Shown piece by piece: positions 26,098 through 38,100 of a stretch of DNA of 64,000 nucleotides. A model generated the notes under the pieces. It saw nothing but the letters and a program-made list of their open reading frames with translations, was not told the origin of the DNA and did no database searches. The translations under genes were made by a program, and so were the position numbers. The DNA lies in contig NC_043018.1 in NCBI RefSeq assembly GCF_006345805.1, forward strand, positions 12,028,001-12,092,000. Reading direction: 5' to 3'. Origin of the DNA: Octopus sinensis. Lineage: Eukaryota. Within the stretch, counting starts at the first letter, position 1; each line of letters opens with the position of its first letter.

Positions 26098-26221
26098 TGA
26101 GTCTGATGAAAGTTGCATTAATTCTCAAGGTTATTCGATTTTTCTCAGTCGATCAATGGGCCAATTGAGTAAACTTATCAATAATGAGCCAATAATGACT
26201 ACCAGAAACAGCTGTAAGTCA
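26098..26221 (+). ncRNA. Type I hammerhead ribozyme with long (~95 nt) imperfect stem II
   Basis: UGAGU-CUGAUGA-[long hairpin]-GAAAC-AGCU-GUA-AGUCA. Palindromic stem III; stem I pairs 4 of 5; AATAAA follows. Confidence 0.7.
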
Positions 26222-26266
26222 AATTTATTACAATAAAGAAATATGTTATTACCATTATTTATGCCT

Positions 26267-26476
26267 TGTGACCTCGTGAGTACCGTTGGTGATTTTTTTT
26301 CCTCTGTCTTCCCTTCTCGGGATCTTTCCTTCTCCTATGTTTCCGACAAAGAGCTCCGCTCAAAAACGTTAAACCCTCCTTCTTCCCTTCTTTCCTGAGC
26401 GTCCAATAATACTTTATTTGTTCCACGTCTTCGTGTTGTGTTTTTTTGTTTTTTGTGTTTTCTTGTTTGGATTAAC
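26267..26476 (+). mobile_element. Penelope-type terminal repeat with degenerate minimal hammerhead (26339-26374)
   Basis: Reverse complement of 39711-39915. GUUU-CCGACAA-A-GAGCUCCGCUC-AAAAAC-GUU-AAAC; ends in (TA)n. Confidence 0.7.
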
Positions 26477-26478
26477 TT

Positions 26479-26546
<68 letters not shown>

Positions 26547-27213
26547 GGCAGCTGTATCATTATTGCCCCTTCTCTTCATTTCCATAAACATTTCTTATAA
26601 AATACACATTATTTCCAAACTCAAAAGTCCACATGGGAAATCTTGGCCGGTAAAATGTAACAAAGAGAAGTACAACTTCTTAATGCATGTTACTGCTGCG
26701 TGCTAGCTTTTATATTAAGTGGTAATGTTATAGATTCTTTTTCAGTCTCCTCATTAAACTGGCAGCCATTTTGACTATCAGGTTTATGTGATCTTGTGCT
26801 CGGTGGACCTGTTAAAACAGATGGCATGAAATAATGGACAGCACAAACTCTTTGTTTTCACCTTCATTCATTTCCAATGCAGTATTTGTTTTATAATTCA
26901 TTGACCAGTTGTTTCTATAATCTAGATGTACTTTGTTATTGATTTCTTTCCTTTCTTTAATTAGGCTCAAGGACAGCCATTTTTTTTTTCTTTTCTTTTG
27001 TAGAAGAGGACAGTCTGTTCAAAATCTGTCTCACTGCTTCTCCAGTATCTTTCTGTTTTGTCTTTTTCTTTTTGTTATCTTTTTTTCATTTTATCTGCTT
27101 GGCTGCAGTGCAGTTTCAACTTGGAACAAAGATACAATAGAACGAAATAGAGGAGTACATTTATTTCCAGGGTTGATAGTCACATCTTATATGCAATGTG
27201 GATGTGAATGGAA

Positions 27214-27316
27214 TTATGACAGAAATAAAACCAGGTTTGACTTGGTGCTAAACAACAGCCACAGTAACATGTTCACGTAGTGTGTCATGTTGGCAGCTGA
27301 GTTAAGTCTTTTGATA
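27214..27316 (-). CDS. Candidate terminal coding exon of an unidentified gene
   Basis: Strong acceptor (attaac ctcttttgttttgtatctgttcag). One frame gives IKRLNSAANMTHYVNMLLWLLFSTKSNLVLFLS*, followed by ~650 bp of non-repetitive UTR-like sequence. No homology recognised. Confidence 0.25.
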
Positions 27317-27539
27317 CTGAACAGATACAAAACAAAAGAGGTTAATGCTTCTATCAAAGCGTTCCCATATATTTATTTACCCAATAACAGAATAAAAACA
27401 GACTGATTCTTGCTTACTTCATGCAAAAAGAAATATGACAATTTGGTTTACATCACGATTTGTGACAGTTAACATTTTGTTTATGGCAGACTTACTGCAG
27501 AGGAAAAACAATACTTCAAATTTTGGATTTTATACATTT

Positions 27540-27772
27540 CTTATTTCTTTACTACCCACAAGGGGCTACACACAGAGGGGACAAACAAGGACAGACAAAT
27601 GGATTAAGTCAATTACATCAACCCTTGTGAGTAACAGGTACTTATTTAATCGACCCCGAAAGGGTGAAAGGCTAAGTCGACCTCAGCGGAATTTGAACTC
27701 AGAACGTAGCGGCAGACAAAATACCACTAAGCATTTCGCCTGGTGTGCTAACGTCTCTACCAGCTTGCTGCC
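27540..27772 (-). mobile_element. tRNA-derived SINE (third family)
   Basis: Minus strand aggcagcaagctggtagagacgttagca...tgagttcaaattcc (A/B boxes) and ttagcctttcaccctttcggggtcgattaaataagtacc domain. Confidence 0.75.
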
Positions 27773-28356
27773 TAATTTTATACATTTCTTGTCATCATAT
27801 TTGAACACTGAAGTTCATTTAATTATTTGATCCGTTTGGTATCAACCCATGAGACCACCCCTAGTTGTATAATATGAATTCTCAATTTTAAAGTGATTTA
27901 AATTAAAAACTTCTAACAAAATATCATGTTAATTTATGTTCCAAACACCAGCTTAAAAATGCCAGGAATTTTAATAAGTTCTTCACTATACTAAAAATTA
28001 ATTAAGACAAAGGTGGCATATTTCAAGAGAAATATGGTAATGAATGGGTTAATAAAACAATAAATCTAAGCATAAATTAAGCAGGTCTTCTGGATATGTG
28101 TATGTGTGTGTATGTATGTGTGTGTGTATGTGTGTGTGTGTTTGTATGTATGTGTGTATATAATATGGTTTATTTTAGTTAAGCTGAAATCTGGAATAAG
28201 CTATTAAGGTAGTAGTAAATTAAAATAGCCATCTATATATCACAATATATATATATATATATGCTAGCAGAGATACCTTTTATCAATTCAATAATGAAAA
28301 ATTAAATTATACCATTTATATATATATAAACAATTGCAGCGTGGAAGGTGTTTATA

Positions 28357-28581
28357 AGCCATTTAAGAAACACGCAAAAACCGTTAGATTCACTTCAACA
28401 TTTAAATTTAATTTGTCAAAATATTTTCGTCGCTTTGAGACCGCGACCTGTTCACTGACAAAACTTCTTGCAGCACAAAGTTTTGTCAGGTCACGGTCTC
28501 AAAGAGACAAAAATATTTTGACAAATTAAATTTAAATGTTGAAGTGAATCTAAAGGTGTTTTGTGTGTTTCTTAAATGGCT
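28357..28581. mobile_element. Fold-back (inverted pair) Penelope-type repeat
   Basis: agccatttaagaaacac...ctgacaaaactt / aagttttgtcag...gtgtttcttaaatggct form ~105-bp inverted arms around an 11-nt loop. Confidence 0.85.
28412..28462 (-). ncRNA. Variant type I hammerhead ribozyme with G3-C8 core (GUGAACA)
   Basis: UUUGUCA-GUGAACA-G-GUCGC-GGUCUCAAA-GCGAC-GAAA-AUAU-UU-UGACAAA: 7-bp stem I, 5-bp stem II, palindromic stem III. Confidence 0.7.
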
Positions 28582-28654
28582 GGTGAGTTAGTAGAGCATG
28601 AAACTGTTTAGTGGATAACCAACTGACTGAGACTGTGGATATTGTCATTCCTTT

Positions 28655-29050
28655 TATATTTCATCTTTTATCAGTTCCAGTCGCTGGGCTGCTGCCAGGC
28701 TGGGGCACCACCTTCAAGGGTTTTAGTCAAATGAATTGACACCAGGACTTATATTATTTTGAAACCTGATACTTATTCTTTTGATCTTTATGCCAAACTG
28801 CTAAATTACGGGAACATAAACAAACCAACACCAGTTGTCAAACTGTGGTGGGTGACAAACACAAAGACACACACACATTCATGTATATGTATGATGAGCT
28901 TCTTTCAGTTTCCATCTATGAAATCCACTCACAAGCCTTCGGTTGGCCTCAGGCTTTAGTACAAATCACTTACCCAAGGTGCCACACAGTGGGACTGAAC
29001 CAGGAACCATGTGGTTGGGAAGCAAACTTCTTACCACACAGTCACATCTG
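28655..29050 (-). mobile_element. tRNA-derived SINE, family A
   Basis: Reverse complement of the family A consensus seen at 59841. Confidence 0.8.
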
Positions 29051-29469
29051 CACCAACAATGTTTCCTTCATGTTCTTATATTAGAGAAATGAAAAACCAA
29101 AAAAATGATCTCTGATTTTTACTTTACAAGCTCTTATCTGTAATCCACTCACTATAGACTGCCCATGCTCACAAAGAGATTTTAAATCTAGAGAAAGAGC
29201 CACTATAAAATAAATATGTTAGTGTTAACAGATTTAATGCGGAGAGCAACAAAAATTTAACTAGAAATAATTGATGCAGTGAGGAAAAACCTAACTCATT
29301 ATGTTTGTTCACTGTTATTTTGAGTCCTTCCAAAGATAACTTTTTTCTTTCACTGACATTATCAGAGGAAGAAAAGTTATGCCCATGGTGCTTCATGGAG
29401 TCTCCTTGATTGGTAAAAGGAAGAGGGGAAGTTATCTTCAGACCAGGGATTTGGTCTACAACAGTGTTT

Positions 29470-30183
29470 CATGAAATTATTGTATACAGTGCTCAGGTAC
29501 ACCACAACTTGTCAAAAGTGCGTATAAAGCATATGCAGTAATGTACAAATGTCTGGGAAGTGAACAGTGTACGAGTCAGATACAAGCTTGCGTGTGTATG
29601 GAGGGGAGAAAATCAGGTGTAGTGTTGGCGAATCTCAGGAAGCATGGAAGTTTTGAAGGATGCAGTGCTCCGACAACTAACAACTGATGCCGGCAGTTTG
29701 TTCCATGCTTCAGTAACTCTTAGCATGAAAAAATGTTTCTGAAAGTCATGGGAGCCGTGCTGTTTTCTGACTTTGTAAACATGTCCACGGGTGTTAGACA
29801 GGTGGAGTTTGAAAAGGTGCTCAGAGTTATTGTTTGTAAGATGGTTAATAATTTTATGGGTGTCTGCCAAGTCATCTGCCAGATGCTGGAGTTTCAATGT
29901 ATCCATTCTCAGGGAAGAAAGGCGTTCAGAATATGGCAAATGCCTGATGGAGGGTATTCTCTCGGTTGCACATCGCTAAACGGCTCCCAGGCGATTAATA
30001 TCCTGGGCAAGATAGGGGTTCCAGACTGGTGATGCAAATTCCAGGTGAGGTCGCACCATAGCTATATAAAGCCGCAGATAGATAGTCGGAGAGCGGCTCA
30101 CAAAGGACTTGGTGAGTGATGCCAAGACACCCTCAGCCTTCTTGGCAATTTTAGCAATATGTTTTGTCCAACGCGAATCGCTG
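29470..30183 (-). mobile_element. CR1/L2-group LINE 3' end
   Basis: VRPHLEFASPVW.P, YSERL..L.MDTL, SNTRGHVYK, FFMLRVTEAWNKLP..VV..ASFK. Same family as 55140-56612. Confidence 0.88.
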
Positions 30184-30769
30184 ATTGGGATTGATAAAGT
30201 ACTAGCAAAGTGCTAGGTTGATATAATCATTCATACTCATTGCCTTGTATCAATGTTAAAAATTCACATCATTTGGGACTTATTTGACAAGTATGGGAGA
30301 CAAACTCCAAACAAGTTTCAGTATTATTAGGCTTCTGTGTAGCACAGGTTTTATTATACTTGCTGAAATAGTGATGAGAAAAGGGATAAGTAGATGTACA
30401 AGAATGTACACTGGCTGAGACAAAAATAAGAAATTCTCAGAGGATAATTTACTTACACCCCAAGTTGCTGTTTAACCCCAAATCTACCTTGCTAGAATAA
30501 ACATATCATAAAAGACCTTCCAGCAATGACCATCCTGTTACATTTAAGCCAGTGAGAGAATGACTGAAGTAAGATTTAGTTGCTATTTCTGAAAGGCTGA
30601 GGTTTGTCATTGATTCACATCCTGTATAGTTGTTGTTTAGTTCAATGACAACCTCGATCAAGAGGCCATAGGATTATAGGTATGCCATCCACGACCATCC
30701 TGTTTCATTTCTCTCGTTGTTCTCTCATTGACTTAGCAGTATTGTGTTGTTACTTTTGCGACTTAGCCC

Positions 30770-31215
30770 AGGTAAGTTCTGAATGACATAATCAGAAAGG
30801 GCCTCGACATGGCTGGCTTCTCTTTTCAACTCAAGCCAACAGATCTCGACTGCAGGGACAGTAAGCACTCTGACAGGATAACCTTCTCACCATTTAAGGG
30901 AGGCAGATCCCTAGTTTTCTGGCTCCTACCTGGCAGCATCTGTTGTAAACTTAGGTATCACCGCTTGTAATGCAGAGGAGAGAAAAATCAATAAATACAG
31001 GGATCTGGCAAGCTACTATCGGTTTGTCCCTGTCATCACTGTTGAGACGTTAGGTGTTCTAGGACCCCATACTACCAATTTCCTCTAGAAAATAGGGATA
31101 ATGGCAGCCCAGTGGAGAAATGAGCCCAACAAGGTGGAATAACTGTTGCAGCAAATGTTGCTGGCCAGTCTCCATGGCAATGCCATAATTTCCATTACTT
31201 GCAAGGAACAGCTGA
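30770..31215 (+). mobile_element. CRE-like non-LTR retrotransposon, restriction-like endonuclease remnant
   Basis: D.ITFSPFKGGRSL, EEKKINKYRDL..YRFVP..VETLGVLGP..FL.KIG, HGNA. Matches the PD..E..K..KY..VETLG..GNA pattern of RLE domains. Confidence 0.65.
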
Positions 31216-31679
31216 GTGCACCACCAGTTCTGGGATATGTGGCCTGTCACCCCCTCCCTTCCACCTTCTGCTGTTTGCTCCACCTTTTCCTTTTTCCTTT
31301 TCTTTCTTTTCTTTTCCTTCCTGTTTCTTTGTGTTTAAATGTTCTAAAAAAAATTTTATTTTAACATTAACATGCAACATTAAAAGATAGTCACCCAACT
31401 CACACTTCAAGGTTGAGTGGTTAACAATACTAAGCAACCTGACAAGTCATGGTGATCCTGCTGAGTAAATAAAGAAGAATGAAAATTTCAACAAACACAC
31501 AAACACACACATACACACACTCTCCTCTCTCTCTCTCTCTCTCTCTCCCACTCTCACTCACTTTCTCACATTCACACTCACACACACATACCTACCAAAA
31601 AATACATACTCAGGGAATATAGTTGACAGCACCCAGTTACACCAGGTCACAACAGTCAAACCCTAACACACAGTCACTA

Positions 31680-32275
31680 TGCACACTTGGATTAGTAACC
31701 AAATCTCCCTGAATTCCTTATTATCTTTAGCAAAAGAACACAGTGTATATTAAGTGCAGGGTACTCTGTGCCTGGAAGGAAAAAAAAGAAAGAAAGAAAG
31801 AAACAAGGATCATAGGTGAAATACCTTTCAACATAAGGTCTGCTCAATAGACCAGCAATGAGCTTAAACTACGAGTCTCTATGTAGTTGCTAGAAATAGC
31901 AACAAAATTTCTCTTAAATCACACAACTCACCATCTTAAAAGAAGGACATATTGGATAATGCATTCCTAGTACTGCCCTTCCCTCTAACAAGGCAGGGTG
32001 GTCACAAATGGAATACTTCTGATTATTAGTCTGGTTAATCCAGGTTAACCTGAGGTTAAACAACAAAGGAAAGCAAGAGAACCTCTACATGGCTGCTTGA
32101 AACAACAGCCCAAACGCCTTGAAATCATTCCCTACCATCTTAGAAAAGGGCATGCTGGGTGATGTGGTTATAGGTTCCTTACACATAAGAAATGGATGGG
32201 ATGGTCATAACTGGAATGTTTTTGATTATATGTTTGCTCATTCAGTGTGGATCTGAGTCTAAAGAACAATAAAGA
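31680..32275 (+). repeat. Three tandem copies of the ~200-bp ctagaaatagca family
   Basis: Same unit as at 8360-8960. Confidence 0.7.
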
Positions 32276-32479
32276 AATGTACAATGCTCATTAAAAGATC
32301 ACTGACTTCTGGGTGGTCAATATGATGTAAATTCTGTATGGTTGATGAGAGATGATCCTATCAAAATATTTTAAATCACTTAATCAGAAAAAATATATCC
32401 TGTCACAGTCATTAAGTTCCATAGTTATATAATTAAGACAAAGCTTTGCTGAGAAGGCAGAGTATGACTAAAAGATGTA

Positions 32480-33560
32480 GAGAGTTTGGGTGGCATTTTT
32501 TACTTCCTGGTTAAACCAGAGTGTTCCTTTACTACCTGGCACCACTTTTAACTGCTTTTGTCCACAGCATTATACAGCTGGAAAAAAAAAACTGCTGAAC
32601 AAAACAGTCTCTGTTCCCTTCAACATCCTCAGTTTATCCAGAAAGGTCGTCCGTATATTTGTTTCTGATCCCATCATAGAACAGACCTCTCTACTTTATT
32701 CCATTAGCCACACTGGACTTATCAGCTTTGTGAGTTCTCCCTGCTACAAACAGTCTTAGAAAAATAAGTGGTGATCACTTTACACAAACAGTCCAGTACA
32801 GAACCAAAGAGATCAGAGATGAGAACAAAATCTGTCAAAATCTGTTCCAAAGTATCCTTATGAATACATTCCTGTGCTGGAAGAATATGTTTATAATGGA
32901 GAGCTCATTTGCAGCAGAAAAGTGTAGCAAGCCTCTCCATTTGCATTGAATTCAGGGCTGCTACTCCTCGCAGTCATTCCAGAGAAAACATGGGCATTGA
33001 AGTCTCTTTATAGGACAAATAACTCAGTGTTGCCTTCATCTGCAGCTGCAGTTACTTTGTCAGGGAAGGGTTTTTATGTGGTCTTGCTGTTTGGTGAATA
33101 TACTTGCAACAACCACAGCAGCCCTTCTTTCTGCCTAAACTTCAAGAAGCAAACCCTCCCACTATGTAGGATCTACTCCTTAGCACAATGTGACAGTTGG
33201 AGGGTTGTGAGTATCCCCACACCTGCTGGTGCAGACATGGTTGACATCATACCTGAAAAGTGATGTTTTCACCCTCCATCCAAATCTGTGGTACCAGAGC
33301 CACAGAACCTTTTTAGGAGTCACTGATTATGTCTAACCAGTAATGTTTGGCCTCCCCTAGCTCCTGTTCTTTACCTGTAAGGATTATGACATGCCAATTC
33401 TCAATCATTAATGGTTATTCCCTCCTAGACCAACTTCGAAGTCTTGAGATACACATTCTTTGTGCTCCCACCCCATGCTATCAGTTGCAGGCTTATAGAT
33501 GGTTGTATTGGCAATATATTTTTTGAATGGACTCTTCACCTAAGATCCAAAAGTGATCCT
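32480..33560 (-). mobile_element. Old LINE APE endonuclease remnant
   Basis: Minus strand DFNAHV (near 33000), N.NG, NIFFQH, DFVL, SDHHL motifs; heavily disrupted. Confidence 0.65.
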
Positions 33561-33614
33561 TGATATCTTGTATGATAGGTGACACAGTATGCTTGCTCTT
33601 TCAAGCATCTTTCA

Positions 33615-33772
33615 TATTTCTAGTTCTGGTAGTGATTCTGCTATGAGGTCTAGGTCATCAGCATAGAGGAGCTCCCAGGGGCAACCTGTCTTGAATTCCT
33701 CTGGTATTGCCTGGAGGACTATGATGAATAAGAGGGGGCTGCGGGCTGATCCTTGGTGAACCCCTATTTCTA
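33615..33772 (-). mobile_element. RTE RT fragment
   Basis: GVHQGSARSPLLF..PWELLYADDL. Confidence 0.85.
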
Positions 33773-33779
33773 CTACTAC

Positions 33780-34940
33780 TATATTGCAAGAAATAGCAAC
33801 CAATTTTCACTCAAGTCACATACTACTGTCTTAACCTTAAATCATAAGTCTGTTTAATCAAGGTTGGCTTGAAGCTAAACAACAATAAAAAAAAAAAGAA
33901 GTCTCAATTTGGTCATTTGGTCAGCTACAAATAGCAGCCAAATCTTTCACAAATTACATTATACTATCTAAAAGAAATGGCAGATAACATTTGATACTAT
34001 GATCCTTGATAAACTGTGACTGAAAAATAAAAGGAGGGTATAGTCACAACTAGAATTCCTTCTGATCATTGGTCCACTTGATCAGGATTGCCTGTGGTTA
34101 AATGGAAACAGTAATCACAACTACAAATTTGGCCAGCTTATGGTTGTGATAGCTAAATGGATCATCCATCTTACTTCTGACTCCCCAGGATCAGGAGTAG
34201 CAGCCACTGTCACCGTTGTAACATAGTCATATATCAATGGACAAAATGAAAAGAAACCCACCAAAAAGTGCCTTTATGTGCTCATTCAAATTGGCTAGAA
34301 ATAGTAGCTAAGTTTTCCTCAAATCACACCACTCTATTTGTCTTAAATAAAAATACAGAAGACAATTTAGCCCCTGATACACATACAAAAAGACAAGACA
34401 GTCACAGTTGCAACACTTTTGATCAATATGAAGAGGTTCTCTTTGATTATAGACCCGCTTAATCATGTGTTGACTTGTAACTAAACAGCACCACAAAAAC
34501 AAGAGGTATACGGGTAAGGGGATCCTTCATTGCTAGAAACACCAGCCCAACTTCCCTCAAATCACAGAGATCACCTTAAAATAAGCACCCATCCAACTCA
34601 AAATTAGCCAGGGTGGAGGACAGATGAGACCACAATAAATACAGATAAGCTGGCAAGAGCATATTGAGACTTTCATCGAAATGGAAAGAATGGAACACAA
34701 CTGGAACAGTTTTGATCATTAGGTTTTCACCATACAACTAATCTGGGGCTGAACAAGAATGAGAAAACAAAAGAACCTTTACATGGTCACTTGTCTTGCT
34801 AGAAATAGTAACTGTACATCTCTCAAATTTCCTCCTTACCATTGTCAATAAATAAAGAAGATGGGAAAGTTATGACTGGAACAATTTTGATCACAATCCT
34901 GCTTTTAATCAGGGCTGACCAAAAGACTAAACAACAACAC
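33780..34940 (+). repeat. About five tandem or clustered copies of the ~200-bp ctagaaatagca family
   Basis: Unit starts near 33785, 33920, 34290, 34530 and 34795. Confidence 0.7.
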
Positions 34941-35612
34941 AACAGCAATAATGACGATACACTCCTATCTTAACCATATATGACAACAATAGTCCTTTAT
35001 ATCGTTCAGATCATTAAAATCAAACATTCTTATTGATTAATTGCAATGTTTTTCTTTCTTTTTTTTTTGTTTCTTTATTGTTTAACAGATGTGTTTGGAG
35101 GGTTGGGGAGTGAGAGGTTACTTTACATTTCATTATTATCTAAATATTTATCACTTGAGCATTAAAGCACTCCAAACTGATTTCAGTAATGTCATTGCTT
35201 GGTAGTTGCTATGGTTGTTATTTCTATTGTGTATCATTGTACTTAATCAACTTTGTCCCCATAAGTTGAATGCTCTCTGTTTGTGTAACATGTTCTCTTT
35301 TTATCTCACACACACAAACATGAATTCATACATATATATCAGCTGTAAACTTACATGATCAAAGTTCAAGAGTATCATATTTGCAAATACTGAATTTGTT
35401 TAAAATTGTGAATTCACTCTTTATATAGAGACGATTTATGATTTTTACTGGTAACTTCAAGCAAAAATTATTATTGGACAGTCATATTAGGCACATAATG
35501 GATAAATTTCAAATTTGCCCCTCTGCTAAAAAGTGTTGGTGGTAGCAGAAAAATAAATAAAACAAAATACTTAAAAAGAATAAAATCAAACAGTACAAAC
35601 CACATATAAGAA

Positions 35613-35750
35613 TACGAGGTTGTATCAAAAAGCTTTGGGACTTGTTATGTTTAATAAAAAATAACTTACTATCCTTCGAAATAGTCACCTTGTGCAGCAA
35701 TACACTGGTCCCAGATTTCCTGCCACTTTTGGAATCTGGCCTGGATTGGC
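35613..35750. mobile_element. mariner-like terminal fragment
   Basis: ta|cgaggttgtatcaaaaag TIR-like start and atagtcaccttgtgcagcaatacac (reverse complement of CIAAQGDYFE). Confidence 0.6.
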
Positions 35751-35799
35751 ATAGCAGTATGGTTGCCAATAGGGCAAAGGTGATACTTAATAGTGGGGA

Positions 35800-36478
35800 A
35801 AATTTATTTTAATATGGGGTAGGACCGCCTTTTGCCGTAATTACAGCTTGAATTCTATAAGGTATAGACTCATACATAGTTTGAATTGTTTCCAAAGGAA
35901 TTTTTGTCCAGTCTTCAGCTAAAACAGTTTCCAGTTCTTGTAGCGATAATAGTGGAGGATATCAACTCCTTACTTGTTTTTCTAAAATGCACCATAAATG
36001 TTCAATAATATTGAAATCTGGGGACTGTGATGGCCAGTTAAGATGTTCAACTTCACTAGAATGTTCCTTGGGCCATTCAGTAACAACTTTAACTGTGTGA
36101 ATTGGTGCATTATCATCCTGAAAGATTGCATTTCCCTCCAGAAACAGTTCCACAACCATAGGATGAATTTGATCAGATAAAATGCTTAAATAGTCTTGAC
36201 TATTAATTCTGCCATAAAGGGAAACTATTGGGCCAGTGGATTTCCACGATATAGCCCCCCAGATCATCACAGATCCTCCTCCATGTTTAATAGTTGGAAA
36301 AAGGTTGTCTGGGTCAAATACTTCTTTAGGCTGTCTCCACATGTATGTTCAGCCAGTGGTCGGAAATAAGGTAAAGGATAACTCATCCAAGAAAATAACA
36401 TTCTTCCACTGCTCTAGGGATCAATTCTGTAGGTTTTTACTCCAGTCTAAATGCTTTGCAACGTTTATTTTGGTGGCC
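35800..36478 (-). mobile_element. Tc1 (DD34E) transposase remnant
   Basis: ORF 35962-36342: TIKHGGGSVMIWG, FQDDNAPIH, WPSQSPDFNIIEHLW. Confidence 0.9.
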
Positions 36479-36699
36479 TAGAAGAGGTTAGAAGGGTCAA
36501 GTGGCAAAGACATAATTCTGCTTAGTGAAGGCATCTGGTAAGTGAAACTTCTGTCACTCACAGAAAAACTATTGTATTACCATGAGAAAAGTGCTGTTGA
36601 ACTGCTAAGTGAAATTTGGCTATCAAGGATCGAATCCACACTATGCTTGCATGAAGCCACTACAGATCTATGATAAATACAACCTACATTATTTCTTAG

Positions 36700-36761
<62 letters not shown>

Positions 36762-36766
<5 letters not shown>

Positions 36767-37343
36767 CAGCTCTGTCTGGCCCCGTGTCGGTGGTACGTAA
36801 AAGCACCATCCATTTGTGTTCGTTGCCAGCCTCGCCTCGCCCCGTGCCGGTGACACGTAAAAGCACCGTCCATTCGTGGCCGTTTGCCAGCTCTGTCTGG
36901 CCCCGTGTCGGTGGCACGCAAAAGCACCATCCGTTCGTGTTCGTTGCCAGCCTTGGCTGGCCCCCATGCCGGTGACACGTAAAAGCACCGTCCGTTTGTG
37001 GCCGTTTGCCAGCTCTGTCTGGCCACGTGTCGGTGGCACGTAAAAGCACCATCCGTTCGTGTCCGTTGCCAGCATCGCCTGGCCCCGTGCCGGTGACACA
37101 TAAAAGCACCATCCGTTCGTGGCCGTTTGCCAGCTCTGTCTGGCACCTGTGCAGGTGGCACGTAAAAAACACCCACTACACTCACGGAGTGGTTGGCGTT
37201 AGGAAGGGCATCCAGCCGTAGAAACACCGCCAGATCTGACTGGGCCTGACGAAGCCTTCCAGCTTCACAGACCCCAGTTGACCCGTCCAACCCATGCTAG
37301 CATGGAAAGCGGACGCTAAATGATGATGATGATGATGATGATG
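36762..37343 (+). mobile_element. RTE LINE 3' UTR with expanded internal ~61-bp tandem array
   Basis: Seven gccagc...aaaagcacc units alternating A/B, then the standard RTE terminus and (ATG)n. Confidence 0.85.
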
Positions 37344-37413
37344 ATATACATACATATACATCTACATAAACACATACATAAAGAAATATATACACATACA
37401 CATGCATATATCA

Positions 37414-37771
37414 TGGTACTCCATCGGTTCCAGTTGACCCGATCAACGGAACAACCAGTTCGTGAAATTAACATGCAAGTGGCTGAGCACTCCACAGACA
37501 CGTGTACCCTAAATGTAGTTCTCGAGGAGAGTCTGCATGACACAGAGTGTGACAAGGCTGGCCCCTTTGAAATACAGGTACAACAGAAACAGGAAGAAAG
37601 AGTAAGAGGAAGTTGTGGTGAAAGAGTACAGCAGGGTTCACCACCAGCCCTTGCTGGAGCCTCATGAAGCTTTGGGTGTTTTTATTCAGTAAACATTCAT
37701 AACATCCAGTCTGGGAATTGAAACCATGACCCTATGACTGTCAGTCTGCTGCCTTAACCACTGCGCCTCCA
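37414..37771 (-). mobile_element. tRNA-derived SINE, family B subtype
   Basis: Reverse complement of 18497-18860. Confidence 0.8.
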
Positions 37772-38100
37772 CACATGTATATATAAGCATACATATATAC
37801 ACACATAATATATACATCCACATTTATACCTACAAAAGTACATATACATGTACATACATACAGAGACACACACACACACACATATATATAAACATACATG
37901 TACATACACAGATATATACATATACACACATATATACATATATATACACATAGACAGATACATACAGAACAAATATAGATATATATATATAAAAATATAT
38001 ATATATTATATATATATATATATTATATATATATATATCTATATATATATATATATATATAATATATTTAAAAAAGGAGATGTGGAACACGAGTTGTGAT

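Noticed and set aside
36577-37290. 237-aa repetitive ORF
   Set aside because: Antisense reading of the RTE 3' UTR tandem array running into (TA)n; no domain recognised.
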